This document shows, one piece after another, positions 49,222 to 58,404 of a stretch of 64,000 bases of DNA. Under the pieces are notes generated by a model. The model saw nothing but the letters and a program-made list of their open reading frames with translations. It searched no databases and had not been told where the DNA came from. The stretch's first letter is position 1; each line of letters starts with the position of its first letter. Source of the DNA: Chloroflexota bacterium (lineage in GTDB: Bacteria; Chloroflexota; Anaerolineae; UBA1429); the NCBI GenBank assembly GCA_012719135.1, contig JAAYAW010000003.1, positions 819 through 64,818 of the forward strand. The letters are read 5' to 3'. The translations under genes were made by a program, and so were the position numbers.

Positions 49222-49821
49222 GTGAGTGAGCCGAGCAAGCATAGTGATAAAGGCCGGGGGGAGGGTCCCCTGGTCGTTCTCGTAACCGGCCTGCCCGCCA
49301 CAGGCAAGACGTCCGTCGCTCGCAGGCTGGCTGTCGATCACCATCTTCCGCTGGCGTGCAAGGACGAGATCAAGGAGCTGCTCTATGACACCCTGGGTTG
49401 GAGCCAGGGCACGCCCGAGGCCAGAGAGTGGTCTCGCCAGCTGGGGCTCGTCGCGGTTGGGCTGCTGTTCCAGTACCTGCGCTCACACGTCTCGGTCGGC
49501 CGGCCGTGCATCATCGAGAGCAACTTTCACCCCGACGCGGCCGGTGAGCTGCGGGCGCTGCACACCCGGGTTCCCTTTCGCATGTTCCAGGTGCTGTGCC
49601 GCACCCGTGGCGATGTTCTTCTGGCCCGCTTCCACGCCCGCGCTCAGAGACGCCACCCCGGCCATGACGACGCCCGGCTGGAGGAGGAGTTGCGCCCAGT
49701 GCTGCTATCAGGCGGCTACGAGCCATTGGCCCTTGAGGGGACGCTATGGGAGCTGGATACCACGCGGTGGAGCGAGGCGAAGGTGGCCGAACTGAGCGCC
49801 GCGGTCGGTGCGGCGCTGTAG
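49222..49821 (+). CDS. P-loop kinase (AAA_33-like)
   Basis: TGLPATGKT, KDEIKE, IIESNF, RHPGH. Confidence 0.8.
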   Translation: MSEPSKHSDKGRGEGPLVVLVTGLPATGKTSVARRLAVDHHLPLACKDEIKELLYDTLGWSQGTPEAREWSRQLGLVAVGLLFQYLRSHVSVGRPCIIESNFHPDAAGELRALHTRVPFRMFQVLCRTRGDVLLARFHARAQRRHPGHDDARLEEELRPVLLSGGYEPLALEGTLWELDTTRWSEAKVAELSAAVGAAL

Positions 49822-49872
49822 CGCGCAGGCGGCCCGCCCGACCGCGTGGTCTTGCGGTCCGGCGCGGTTCGC

Positions 49873-50802
49873 CTATCCGCGGTAGCGGTTCTCGTTGTGC
49901 CAGCGCAGGAATTCCGGCGAGGGGCGCTCCACCGCCGCGCGCGGCACTTGCACGAGCGGTTGCCCGTGCAAGCGGAGGTACTCCCGCCCGTTGTTGAACT
50001 CCTCATGGATGCCCTGGCTCACCTCAATGCGCAAATCCGTTGTCACGGTGAGGTATCCCCGATCAAAGAGGTTGTGGAGATCCGCCCGCAGTAGCAGGCC
50101 GTTGGAGACGCTGTTGGGGCCGGATTCGGCGTGATCGCGGATGTGGGCCGCCTCCAGCACGGGGAGCACCCGCTCTCCGGTGAGGGCGCACCGGCGATCG
50201 TACGCGTCGGTTACACGAGCACGAAAGCCGCCTTGCCCCAGCCGGGGTTCGTGGATCAGCAGGGCCCCGTAGCGGACGCCGGGATCGGCGAGCTGATGGA
50301 TGCTCACCTGCTCCTCGGCCATGTGCAGGCGCTGGAGGCGGTCCTGCAGCTGTACCCACAGGAGGCGCCCCTCGCCATCCTCGGTGCTGTACGTCTTGCC
50401 CTGCTGTATGGAGGCATGCCAGCTGGCGGGCGCGGGGATCCACTCTGCTTGCGAAAGGATAAAGGGCGAGCTAAGGATGATACAGCCGATGGGCGGGTCC
50501 AGTTCGCGGCTTGCGCCCAGGGCGCCGATGCGCCGCCGGAGTGTGCCCAAATCCGGCGCGCCGTTGGCTGGCCCGAAGAGCTCCCAGGCCAGCGAAAGCG
50601 GCACGCGCGTATAGTGCGCGAATATCCCGCCTCCCACGATATAGTTGAGGGGGCTGTGCAGCTTGAAGAGAAAGAGCTCGCCCGGCGATAGCGCCCGGAA
50701 AGTCCCCTGTGCTCGCGGCCGCCAGTAGTTCACTTCCTCTGGGACGAGTCCTGCCAAATGGTCGAACCAGGCGCGATCGGTGATCCCTACATAGAGCCTC
50801 AA
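49873..50802 (-). CDS. HNH endonuclease (putative restriction endonuclease)
   Basis: RLGQGGFR..V..AY..RCALTG, LEAAHIR, NGLLLRADLHNLFDRG, L.WHN. Confidence 0.85.
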   Translation of the reverse strand: MRLYVGITDRAWFDHLAGLVPEEVNYWRPRAQGTFRALSPGELFLFKLHSPLNYIVGGGIFAHYTRVPLSLAWELFGPANGAPDLGTLRRRIGALGASRELDPPIGCIILSSPFILSQAEWIPAPASWHASIQQGKTYSTEDGEGRLLWVQLQDRLQRLHMAEEQVSIHQLADPGVRYGALLIHEPRLGQGGFRARVTDAYDRRCALTGERVLPVLEAAHIRDHAESGPNSVSNGLLLRADLHNLFDRGYLTVTTDLRIEVSQGIHEEFNNGREYLRLHGQPLVQVPRAAVERPSPEFLRWHNENRYRG

Positions 50803-50862
50803 GCGGCGCTCCTCACGGTGCCAGAGACGGTTTGGCCGTCTCCGTGGCTGAGTTCCTGCAAC

Positions 50863-51519
50863 CTACTGGCAGCCCACCATCATGTCCGTCGCGACCATGG
50901 CATTGGCCAGGTACGCTTCATCGCCAGTTTCCTCATAGAGGATCTGGTAGGCGTTGGAGAGGTCCGAATACTTGCGGGCGCACGGCGCCCCCGTTTCGGG
51001 TATGGTAAAGGTCTGGTAATCCACGATGATCTGGCGAGCGAGCCGCCCAGCCGGGATGCCTTCCTTCTGCGCCAGATCGTTAACGGCCTGGCCCTGGGAT
51101 TCGTAGGTCGCCAGGTCGCCCTGCGAGAGGGCCAGAATCGCGCGCGATGAGCGATAGGTCCAATCATGCGGTCGTTGCTGGATAACCTGATCCATGGCGG
51201 CGGCATCCCCGTTCTTGCGAGCGTTGTCCATCGCGCGATCCCCTGCCAGCACATCGCTCACCGCGCCATACGCGCCGAGGATGGCGTTGGCATCGGGATC
51301 ATCCGAGCGGCCCATCATGGCCTGGCCGAACCGGATCGTGCCCATCAGATCGACCTGCCCATCCTCTGTCGTGGGGGACATGTTGCGCTCCCTCAGCCAC
51401 TCCTCTGCGAGATCCCTCACGAACTGCCTGTCCGCCGGGGTAAAGTCTTCACATCCTGCCAGCAGAACCGTCACCACGAGCATGGCTACCATCATCAGGA
51501 CGCGCAGCGGGTGTCTCAT
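50863..51519 (-). CDS. Helical (TPR-like) lipoprotein, hypothetical
   Basis: Lipobox LAGC; ATGA overlap with upstream ORF. Confidence 0.7.
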   Translation of the reverse strand: MRHPLRVLMMVAMLVVTVLLAGCEDFTPADRQFVRDLAEEWLRERNMSPTTEDGQVDLMGTIRFGQAMMGRSDDPDANAILGAYGAVSDVLAGDRAMDNARKNGDAAAMDQVIQQRPHDWTYRSSRAILALSQGDLATYESQGQAVNDLAQKEGIPAGRLARQIIVDYQTFTIPETGAPCARKYSDLSNAYQILYEETGDEAYLANAMVATDMMVGCQ

Positions 51520-52493
51520 GGCAGTACTCCCTCTGTCAGGCTGCCTGGATCGGTCCGGGCCTCGAGCTCCTGGAAAAACGCCTCTCGGCCGATCTCCCCG
51601 CGGGCGAACTTGCGGATGGATTCCGCAGGCGCGGTCGTGATCAGAACGGATTCGCCCGAGGCATCTCGATAGTCCAGGGCGATGCGATCCACGCCGGCGG
51701 TGGCCAGCGCGGGACTGTTGGCGAGTTGCACCATGTAGGCCAGCATGGCGTTCTGATCGCTGCTGGTGGGGAACCGGAACCCCTGCGAGCTATCGAGGAC
51801 GGCGTATAGCGCGGCGCCTTGGCGCCCGTCGTTGTACGGAAGCACATAGGCGTACAGCCCCGTGGTATCGAGCCCCGCCTGCTCAAGCTCGGCCCTCAAC
51901 TCCAGTTCGGCGCTCCGGTCGGGCTCCAGTTGCTCGCCGAACACCTTCACCGATGCCGGCTGGCGGATCCCTCACTGTTCCGGAAGAGGGGATATCCACA
52001 CAGCCGCCGCCGCCAGAAGGAGGAGTGCCGCCAGTGTGCCCAGGCAGCATCCCCGGAGGCGATGGCGCTTGCGCGGCGCCGGCGGCGTGGCGGCCTCGCG
52101 GGGGGCGCCGCGTGCACTGTCAGAACCCATGGGTGGCCGCGCGGGGCCTGCCGGTGGGGCAGCCTGGACGGGCGCGGTTGGCTGCGTTGGCGCCGCGGCC
52201 GGGATCCGTGCGACGGCCTGCGGGCTCCAGTTTGTCCCGTCCCACAGATAGGGGCGGGCGGGATCATCCCCGGGCAGCCAGGACCGGCCGGCGTGGTCTT
52301 TCACGGCGAGGGTCAGGTGAGCGTTCTGGAAGGCGGACGAGTCGATCTCCCCTCGGGCATACCGGGAGGTGAGGTCGGCATAGCCCCTCTGCGCGGCCTG
52401 CCACGCAGGGGATTCGGGCAGAAAGAACGCGCCGCAGCCACCGCATGCGTCGGCGCCGTCCGCGTTCGAGGCGCCGCAATGAGGACAGTACAT
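51516..52493 (-). pseudogene. Zinc-ribbon / Pro-rich / TM protein interrupted by one in-frame TGA (51972-51974)
   Basis: MYCPHCG...CGGCG, Pro-rich linker, RGCCLG-TM, then PLPEQ*GIRQPASVKVFGEQLEPDR continuing in the same frame to 51516. Confidence 0.65.
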
Positions 52494-52695
52494 GGGGAGC
52501 CTCCTCTGCCTGGCGTCGGGGTCGGTACTCACTGGAGCCATCATCGCAGGTGCGAACCTGCCTGTCAACCTCTGCTGGCCGCTGTTGTGCAGGCTGCCCG
52601 TTTACCTGTCGGCTGCCCCTGGCGTACAATGCTCGTTGAGCCTGATGGCCCGGCCCGTCTTGCGGGCTGCCCGGCGCTCTCTTGGAGGTGAAACC

Positions 52696-54345
52696 ATGCG
52701 CATTACGCTTGCTCAGCTGAACCCCGTCGTCGGCGATATCGACGGGAACGTGCGCCGTCTGGCGGAAACGCTGGAGCGCGCACGCCGCGACAGGCCGGAT
52801 CTCGTCGTGTTTCCAGAGCTGTACCTTGTGGGCTATCCCCCGCGCGATCTGCTGGAGCGTGGCTGGTTCATCGAGCGTACCGCGGCGGCCGTTGGCCGCA
52901 TCTGCGAGATATCCCGGGCCCATCCGGGCGTCGCGATCCTGTTTGGGGCGCCTGTCGCATCGGACAGCCTGCGAGGTAAGGGCCTGTACAATGCGGCCTT
53001 GCTGGTACAGGACGGCCACGTGGTGGCCACGCATCGCAAGATGCTCCTGCCGACCTATGACGTCTTTGACGAGTCGCGCTATTTCGATCCGGGCCCCTCG
53101 GCGAAAGTCACCCGGCTGAAGGATGGCGTGCTGGGCATCCATGTCTGCGAGGACGCGTGGACCGATGCGGCGCTCTGGAGCGCGCGCGATCTGTACAGTG
53201 TGGATCCGGTCGCGCTCCAGGCCGCGCTGGGGGCGACCGTGCTCGTGAATATCTCGGCATCCCCCTACAACGTCGGCAAGGAGGCGGTCCGTTACGAACT
53301 CATGAGCCAGCATGCGCGGGCCCATGGCGCCCCGTTTGTGTACGTCAACCAGGTGGGGGCTAACGATGAGCTGATCTTTGACGGGCGGAGCATGGCGCTG
53401 GATGCCAGCGGGCGGCCGCTGGCGGTGCTCCCTGGTTTCGAGGAGGCCGTGGTGACGGTGGACCTGGCCGAGGCCACTCCGGCAGGGGCGTATACCTGCC
53501 TGGATGAGATCGCCTCCGTGCATGACGCGCTCGTGCTGGGCATCCGGGACTATGCGGCCAAGTGTGGCTTTACTCGGGCCGTGGTCAGCCTGTCCGGCGG
53601 GATCGACTCCTCCCTGACCCTATACCTGGCCTGTGAGGCTCTCGGTGCGGATAACATGCTGGGCATCGCGATGCCGTCGCCGTATTCCTCTCCCGGTAGC
53701 ATCAGCGATGCCCGGGATCTGGCGGCAAACCTGGGCGCCGAGTTCCGCATCATGCCGATTACGGGCATCTTTGACGCCTATCTGGAGAGTCTTGCGCCGC
53801 ACTTTGCCGGGACGGCCCCCAACGTCGCTGAGGAGAACGTGCAGGCCCGTATCCGGGGGAACCTGCTCATGGCGATCTCGAACAAGTTCGGTCATCTCGT
53901 GCTGTCCTGTGGCAACAAGAGCGAGTTGGCCGTCGGCTACTGCACGCTGTATGGCGATATGAGCGGCGGACTGGCAGCGATCTCGGATGTGCCCAAGACG
54001 ATGGTGTATGACCTGGCGCGCTACGCCAATCGAACGCGCGAGATCATCCCCAGGGGCTCGCTGGAGAAGGCGCCGTCCGCCGAGCTGCGGCCCAACCAGC
54101 GCGATCAGGATACCCTTCCGCCCTATCCGGTGCTGGATGCGATCCTGGAGATGTATGTGGAGGACGGCCTGTCCATCGATCAGATCGCTCAGGCGGGCCA
54201 CGACCGGGAGGTGGTGGTCTGGGTGGCTAAAAAGGTGGACCAGAGCGAATACAAGCGAAGACAGGCGGCGCCCGGGCTTCGGGTGACCACCAAGGCCTTT
54301 GGCTCGGGCCGTCGCATCCCTATCGCGGCCGTCAAGACGCCCTGA
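52696..54345 (+). CDS. nadE: Glutamine-dependent NAD+ synthetase
   Basis: Nitrilase domain FPEL, LPTYDVFDE.RYF, CED; SLSGGIDS, ENVQARIRG, NKSE, YCTLYGDM, PSAELRP. Confidence 0.95.
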   Translation: MRITLAQLNPVVGDIDGNVRRLAETLERARRDRPDLVVFPELYLVGYPPRDLLERGWFIERTAAAVGRICEISRAHPGVAILFGAPVASDSLRGKGLYNAALLVQDGHVVATHRKMLLPTYDVFDESRYFDPGPSAKVTRLKDGVLGIHVCEDAWTDAALWSARDLYSVDPVALQAALGATVLVNISASPYNVGKEAVRYELMSQHARAHGAPFVYVNQVGANDELIFDGRSMALDASGRPLAVLPGFEEAVVTVDLAEATPAGAYTCLDEIASVHDALVLGIRDYAAKCGFTRAVVSLSGGIDSSLTLYLACEALGADNMLGIAMPSPYSSPGSISDARDLAANLGAEFRIMPITGIFDAYLESLAPHFAGTAPNVAEENVQARIRGNLLMAISNKFGHLVLSCGNKSELAVGYCTLYGDMSGGLAAISDVPKTMVYDLARYANRTREIIPRGSLEKAPSAELRPNQRDQDTLPPYPVLDAILEMYVEDGLSIDQIAQAGHDREVVVWVAKKVDQSEYKRRQAAPGLRVTTKAFGSGRRIPIAAVKTP

Positions 54346-54388
54346 GGATCGGGCCGGGCCTGCAGCACGGGCGCGTAGCATGCTCTGG

Positions 54389-54427
54389 AAAAAAGAACGG
54401 AGGGCGCCGCATTGCGGCGCCCTCCGT
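54389..54427 (-). terminator. Intrinsic terminator
   Basis: acggagggcgccgca-a-tgcggcgccctccgt-tctttttt on minus strand. Confidence 0.8.
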
Positions 54428-54462
54428 CCGTAGCCAGGCGTGGCGTGTTGGTGAGGTGATGG

Positions 54463-55860
54463 CTACCGGGCGCCGCCCTGCACAGGCAGGCCTCGCCCCG
54501 GGGGCGGCGGCACAACGGGCTCCGAACGAAGCTGAAGCTCGGGTCCCGGGATCGGCTGCGGCCCATCCGGGGTCAGGATCATCGGCATCGGCTCCACCGG
54601 GCCCACCACCACCGGGCTGGTGATCACGGGGGCCTCGAACGCCGGCATGCCGCGCTGTGCGCGCTCGGCCGGGCGGCCGGCGGGCCGTTCGTACGCGGGC
54701 GAGCCTTCTTCAGGAGAAGCAGCAGCCAGGATGCGGGCCGCTACCGGGCCGTTCAGCGTGCGGTCGCCGGACGCAGCCACGTCCTCCAGCCAGTAGTAAT
54801 AAGTCACACCGGCCGCGACGCCGCTATCGACGTACGTGTAGCTCGCGCCCGAGACAGATCCGAGCGCCTGCGCCGGGATCATCTCGCCATTGATCTGCGT
54901 CCGGGCGCCATCAGGCGACTCGGCGCGCAGCAGGTTGAACCCTACGTTGTCGATCTCCGTGGCCGTCTCCCAGGCCAGATCGATCGTGGACTCGCGCCCC
55001 ATGGCCGTGAAGGATACCACATCCACCGCTTGCGGGATCAGGCAGATGCCCAGCGCGGTGTTGTTGGTGGTGTCCGGATCGACATTGGCCGCAGAAACGG
55101 TGGCTACGTTGATCGCGCCCTCGGCTCCCGAGTCGATGTACAGGTCGATCACCCACATCGGGTAGGCCCCCACCTTGGCAGAGAGGGCGCTATCGAGCGT
55201 GCACGTGACCGTGCCACCTTCGATCGTGCAGCTGCCCGCTGGGACTTCGCCGCCGGCCGTCAACAGCTTGGCGCTGTACCAGACGGGGCTCTCGAGCACG
55301 ATGCTCGCCGGGAGTGTGTCGACCACGGTCACCTGCGTGGCCGCATCCGGGCCCAGGTTGTACACCGAGAGGCGGTATCGCGGGCTGGTGGACGGGTACT
55401 CCTCGCAGCTCTTGGTGAGCACCAGGTCGGCGGGATCGTCATAGCAGAAGGAGACGTGGCTGATGGCGTACTGGCCACCGGGCACCGACAGCGCCGTGTC
55501 GCCCAGGGTGCCGGGGCCGTAGTAGTACACGTTGGCGCCATTGGGACCGCCCTTGGCGATCACCGCGCCCATGGCGAAGGTGGCGCTCCAGTCAAAGCTG
55601 GTGCCATAGTTGTTCAGCGTGATGCTGCCAAAGGTGCCGGCGGAGTAGGTGCCGCTCACCGGGGGGTCGATCTTGAACTCGTTCGCAAAGCCCAGCAGCG
55701 CGCAGTTGGGGTTGCCCGGGAGCTGGACTGGCACCACACTCGCGGCTTGCGCCACGGGCACCTGAAGGATCAGGCCAGCGAGGAGAAAGAGCGCTGTCAG
55801 GACAGAGAAAGCCTTGAACGAACGGCGGATAGGAGAGGTCGTGCGGTTGTGCGTAGACAT
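54463..55860 (-). CDS. Secreted protein: signal peptide, beta domain, DUF11-like domain, FN3/Ig-like C-terminal module, Pro-rich tail
   Basis: Signal peptide ending AQA; ADLVLTK..NLGPDAAT.V.V.DTLP..DPDTTNN; AVDVVSF...WETATE.DNVGFN...YYYWLEDV. Confidence 0.8.
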   Translation of the reverse strand: MSTHNRTTSPIRRSFKAFSVLTALFLLAGLILQVPVAQAASVVPVQLPGNPNCALLGFANEFKIDPPVSGTYSAGTFGSITLNNYGTSFDWSATFAMGAVIAKGGPNGANVYYYGPGTLGDTALSVPGGQYAISHVSFCYDDPADLVLTKSCEEYPSTSPRYRLSVYNLGPDAATQVTVVDTLPASIVLESPVWYSAKLLTAGGEVPAGSCTIEGGTVTCTLDSALSAKVGAYPMWVIDLYIDSGAEGAINVATVSAANVDPDTTNNTALGICLIPQAVDVVSFTAMGRESTIDLAWETATEIDNVGFNLLRAESPDGARTQINGEMIPAQALGSVSGASYTYVDSGVAAGVTYYYWLEDVAASGDRTLNGPVAARILAAASPEEGSPAYERPAGRPAERAQRGMPAFEAPVITSPVVVGPVEPMPMILTPDGPQPIPGPELQLRSEPVVPPPPGRGLPVQGGAR

Positions 55861-56206
55861 GATAGATGCTCCTGTAGGATCACCAGGGCACGTGGCCCGG
55901 GAGTGGTCGTTGTGTGGGCCGTCATGGCCCCGTGCGGTTGCAAGGCGGATGCGATGTAGTGCGGCGGTATCTTGCGGCTGGCCCCTAGAGAGAGTCTCCC
56001 TCTGGGCGCTTTGCGCCGGAAGCAGTCATCCGGTGCGAAAGGCTAGGACCTATGCGCCCTTGGTCTCTCCGTATCTGCGGGCCGGGAGCCTCCTTTGCAA
56101 CGAACAACCCCTCTCGACCGCGTATCCTGTGCCCTAAAGGAGCCACCCTCTAGTGTCGCAACAGCCGCGGCAGCGAACCGCACTGACGTGCGTTAACTTC
56201 TCGTAA

Positions 56207-56235
56207 AGTATACACCGTCGGGCGCCGGATTTCAA
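56207..56235 (-). promoter_or_regulatory. Sigma70 promoter of the first secreted gene
   Basis: TTGAAA-17-TATACT. Confidence 0.6.
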
Positions 56236-56290
56236 GGGGTTTCGGGGCGAGGTTTACGGTGAGCTCACGTATTCGTGGGGCGGGCGGTGG

Positions 56291-56327
56291 AAAAACGAAC
56301 CGGGCCCCGCCTGCAGGCGGGGCCCGG
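56291..56327 (-). terminator. Intrinsic terminator
   Basis: ccgggccccgcc-tgca-ggcggggcccgg then ttcgttttt on minus strand. Confidence 0.75.
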
Positions 56328-56348
56328 CCAGATCATCGGTGGTCGCGG

Positions 56349-57956
56349 CTAGGGAAGCCGCGTTCCCGGAAGCCGCGGTAGCGGCACTACGATCCTCGGC
56401 AGCTCACGTACCGGCGGCTGCCTTTCCGGGCGCTCGGTCACCGGCGGCACCGACGGGGGCTCCTCCGCGGGAGGAGCGCTCACGCTCAGGCTTGCCGTCA
56501 CCGGCCCGTGAATCGTCGCCGCGCCCGAGGCGTCCACGTCCTCCAGCCAGTAGTAGTAGGTTGCGCCTGCCACTACGGCGGAATCGGTATAGCTGTAGGC
56601 CGCACCGGAGACGGAGCCCAGGGCCCGCGCCGGGATCAGATCGCCGTTCAGCTTGACCCTCTCACCTTCAGCGGACTCTGCCCGGTAGAGGTTAAAGCCG
56701 ACGTTGTTCAACTCGCTGGCCGTCTCCCACGTAACCTCGATGGCCGACTCGCCGCCGACAGCGGCAAAGGACACCAGGCCCACGGCCGAGGGCACCGTGC
56801 AGATCGCGTCAGCCGAGTTGTTACCCGGGACCGGATCGATCGATGTGGTGGACACAGTGGCCGTGTTCACACCAAAGCCGGGATCGCCAGTGAACCGGAG
56901 GTCGACGACCCAGTTTGCCGTCGAGTCTTCCGCAACCTCGGCTAGCGAACCGTTCAACTGGCAGGTCACCGTCTGCCCCACGGCTGAGCAGGTGCCCAGC
57001 GCGCTTGGGACGCCGCCGACAGTGCGAGTGGAGGTCCAGCTCGCCAGCGACACACCGGCCGGGAGGGTATCCGTGATGGTTGCGCCCAGCGCGGTGCCGG
57101 GACCGTTATTCACGACTGTGATGCGATACCGCTGAGCCGGGTATGTGTAGAGCTCGCAGGCCTTGCTGATGGCGACATCTGCGGGCAGCGCGTCGATCTC
57201 GGCCCAGAGGCAGGCGCTGTTTGTGGCCTGCTCGCTGGTGAGGAAGCGAGTGCTGACCGCATCCGGATCAAACACCGTGCTGCAGCTCGCACCGCTGGTA
57301 AAGCCGTGGATGTTGACCGTGTACTCGTCTTCCCCGCACACAAAGGTCGTGTTGGCGGGTTGCTCGATCAGCACCTGGTCGGAGCAGCCGTTGCCGTTGG
57401 GCCCTTCGGGGTACTTGCAGGGACTGGCGCCATTGTCCGTCTCATCCAGATAGAACCGCGGTACAAACGAGAAGGTGGTATCGGTGATGCCGTTGCCATC
57501 GCAATCGATGGGCACGGAAACGGCGAGGTCCACCCAATCGAACCGGTTGTCGGAGGCGTAAATGGGGTTGTTGTAGTGCTTAAAGGAGCCCAGGAAGAAG
57601 GGCTCGTCCACATCCACGCCCACCACGGTGTTCACGCCGTCAAAACCGAAACCGCTCTGAGCGAGGAACTCGGTTCGAGAGTCGGGGCAGCCGTCTGAGA
57701 CGTAGGCCGGGTCCCCATAGCGGACCTGGTTCTCGTCCGTAAGGAAGCCGCCGCTGCTCTGGATCGAAGGGTTGCTGGTGCTCCACGGAAAGCTGGAGCC
57801 CGTCATGCTGGCCCAGCCATCGCATTCGGCGCCGTTGGTGTCGATACTGCTCCAGACGCCATCCACATTGCCGATCCCAAAGGCCGACACCGCGCCGGCC
57901 ACCAGAAGGAACAAACTGACTGCGATTGAGAGTGTACGTAGCCGATGTGTGTTCAC
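56349..57956 (-). CDS. Secreted protein: choice-of-anchor-K/THxN-like domain, DUF11-like domain, shared FN3/Ig-like C-terminal module
   Basis: Signal peptide; QSGFGF, F.LG.F.HYN.PI, F.LDET.N; NNGPG.A...ITDTLP; PSAVGLVSF...WETASE.NNVGFN...YYYWLEDV. Confidence 0.78.
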   Translation of the reverse strand: MNTHRLRTLSIAVSLFLLVAGAVSAFGIGNVDGVWSSIDTNGAECDGWASMTGSSFPWSTSNPSIQSSGGFLTDENQVRYGDPAYVSDGCPDSRTEFLAQSGFGFDGVNTVVGVDVDEPFFLGSFKHYNNPIYASDNRFDWVDLAVSVPIDCDGNGITDTTFSFVPRFYLDETDNGASPCKYPEGPNGNGCSDQVLIEQPANTTFVCGEDEYTVNIHGFTSGASCSTVFDPDAVSTRFLTSEQATNSACLWAEIDALPADVAISKACELYTYPAQRYRITVVNNGPGTALGATITDTLPAGVSLASWTSTRTVGGVPSALGTCSAVGQTVTCQLNGSLAEVAEDSTANWVVDLRFTGDPGFGVNTATVSTTSIDPVPGNNSADAICTVPSAVGLVSFAAVGGESAIEVTWETASELNNVGFNLYRAESAEGERVKLNGDLIPARALGSVSGAAYSYTDSAVVAGATYYYWLEDVDASGAATIHGPVTASLSVSAPPAEEPPSVPPVTERPERQPPVRELPRIVVPLPRLPGTRLP

Positions 57957-58136
57957 GTTTGCATCTCCATTTCGAGCACAAGTCGCTGTGGTGCGATCCT
58001 GATCGCCAAAAACCGAACGGCGATAGATCCCCTCCTTTTCACATCGACCCCCCTCAACTGCGTTCGCGGGCCAGCCATGGCCGGCGGTGGCGCAGCAGAC
58101 TGTTCAGGCATTGCCATTGCCCTAAAATCTACGTTA

Positions 58137-58165
58137 ATAATAGCGGCACTCGACGTAAAATGCAA
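58137..58165 (-). promoter_or_regulatory. Sigma70 promoter of the second secreted gene
   Basis: TTGCAT-17-TATTAT. Confidence 0.6.
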
Positions 58166-58404
58166 GGGGGGAACGTAAGCAGTTGGCGAGTTGGTGGCGA
58201 GATGGTATACGCCTCGGGCGGGTTGTCCCAGGGCCCGGCCGGGAGGGCCCGTGCCACCGAGCCTCGCCGCGCTGGGGAGGGCGCTCTGTTCGTACACGGC
58301 ACGCCCGGAGTACGGGGTCAGGGAGGCTCGCTGAGAGGGCCTGGCAGGGGAGAAGATGCGTCAAGGGCCGGTGCGCAAGCGCCGGCCCTCGTTCCTGGTG
58401 AGGG

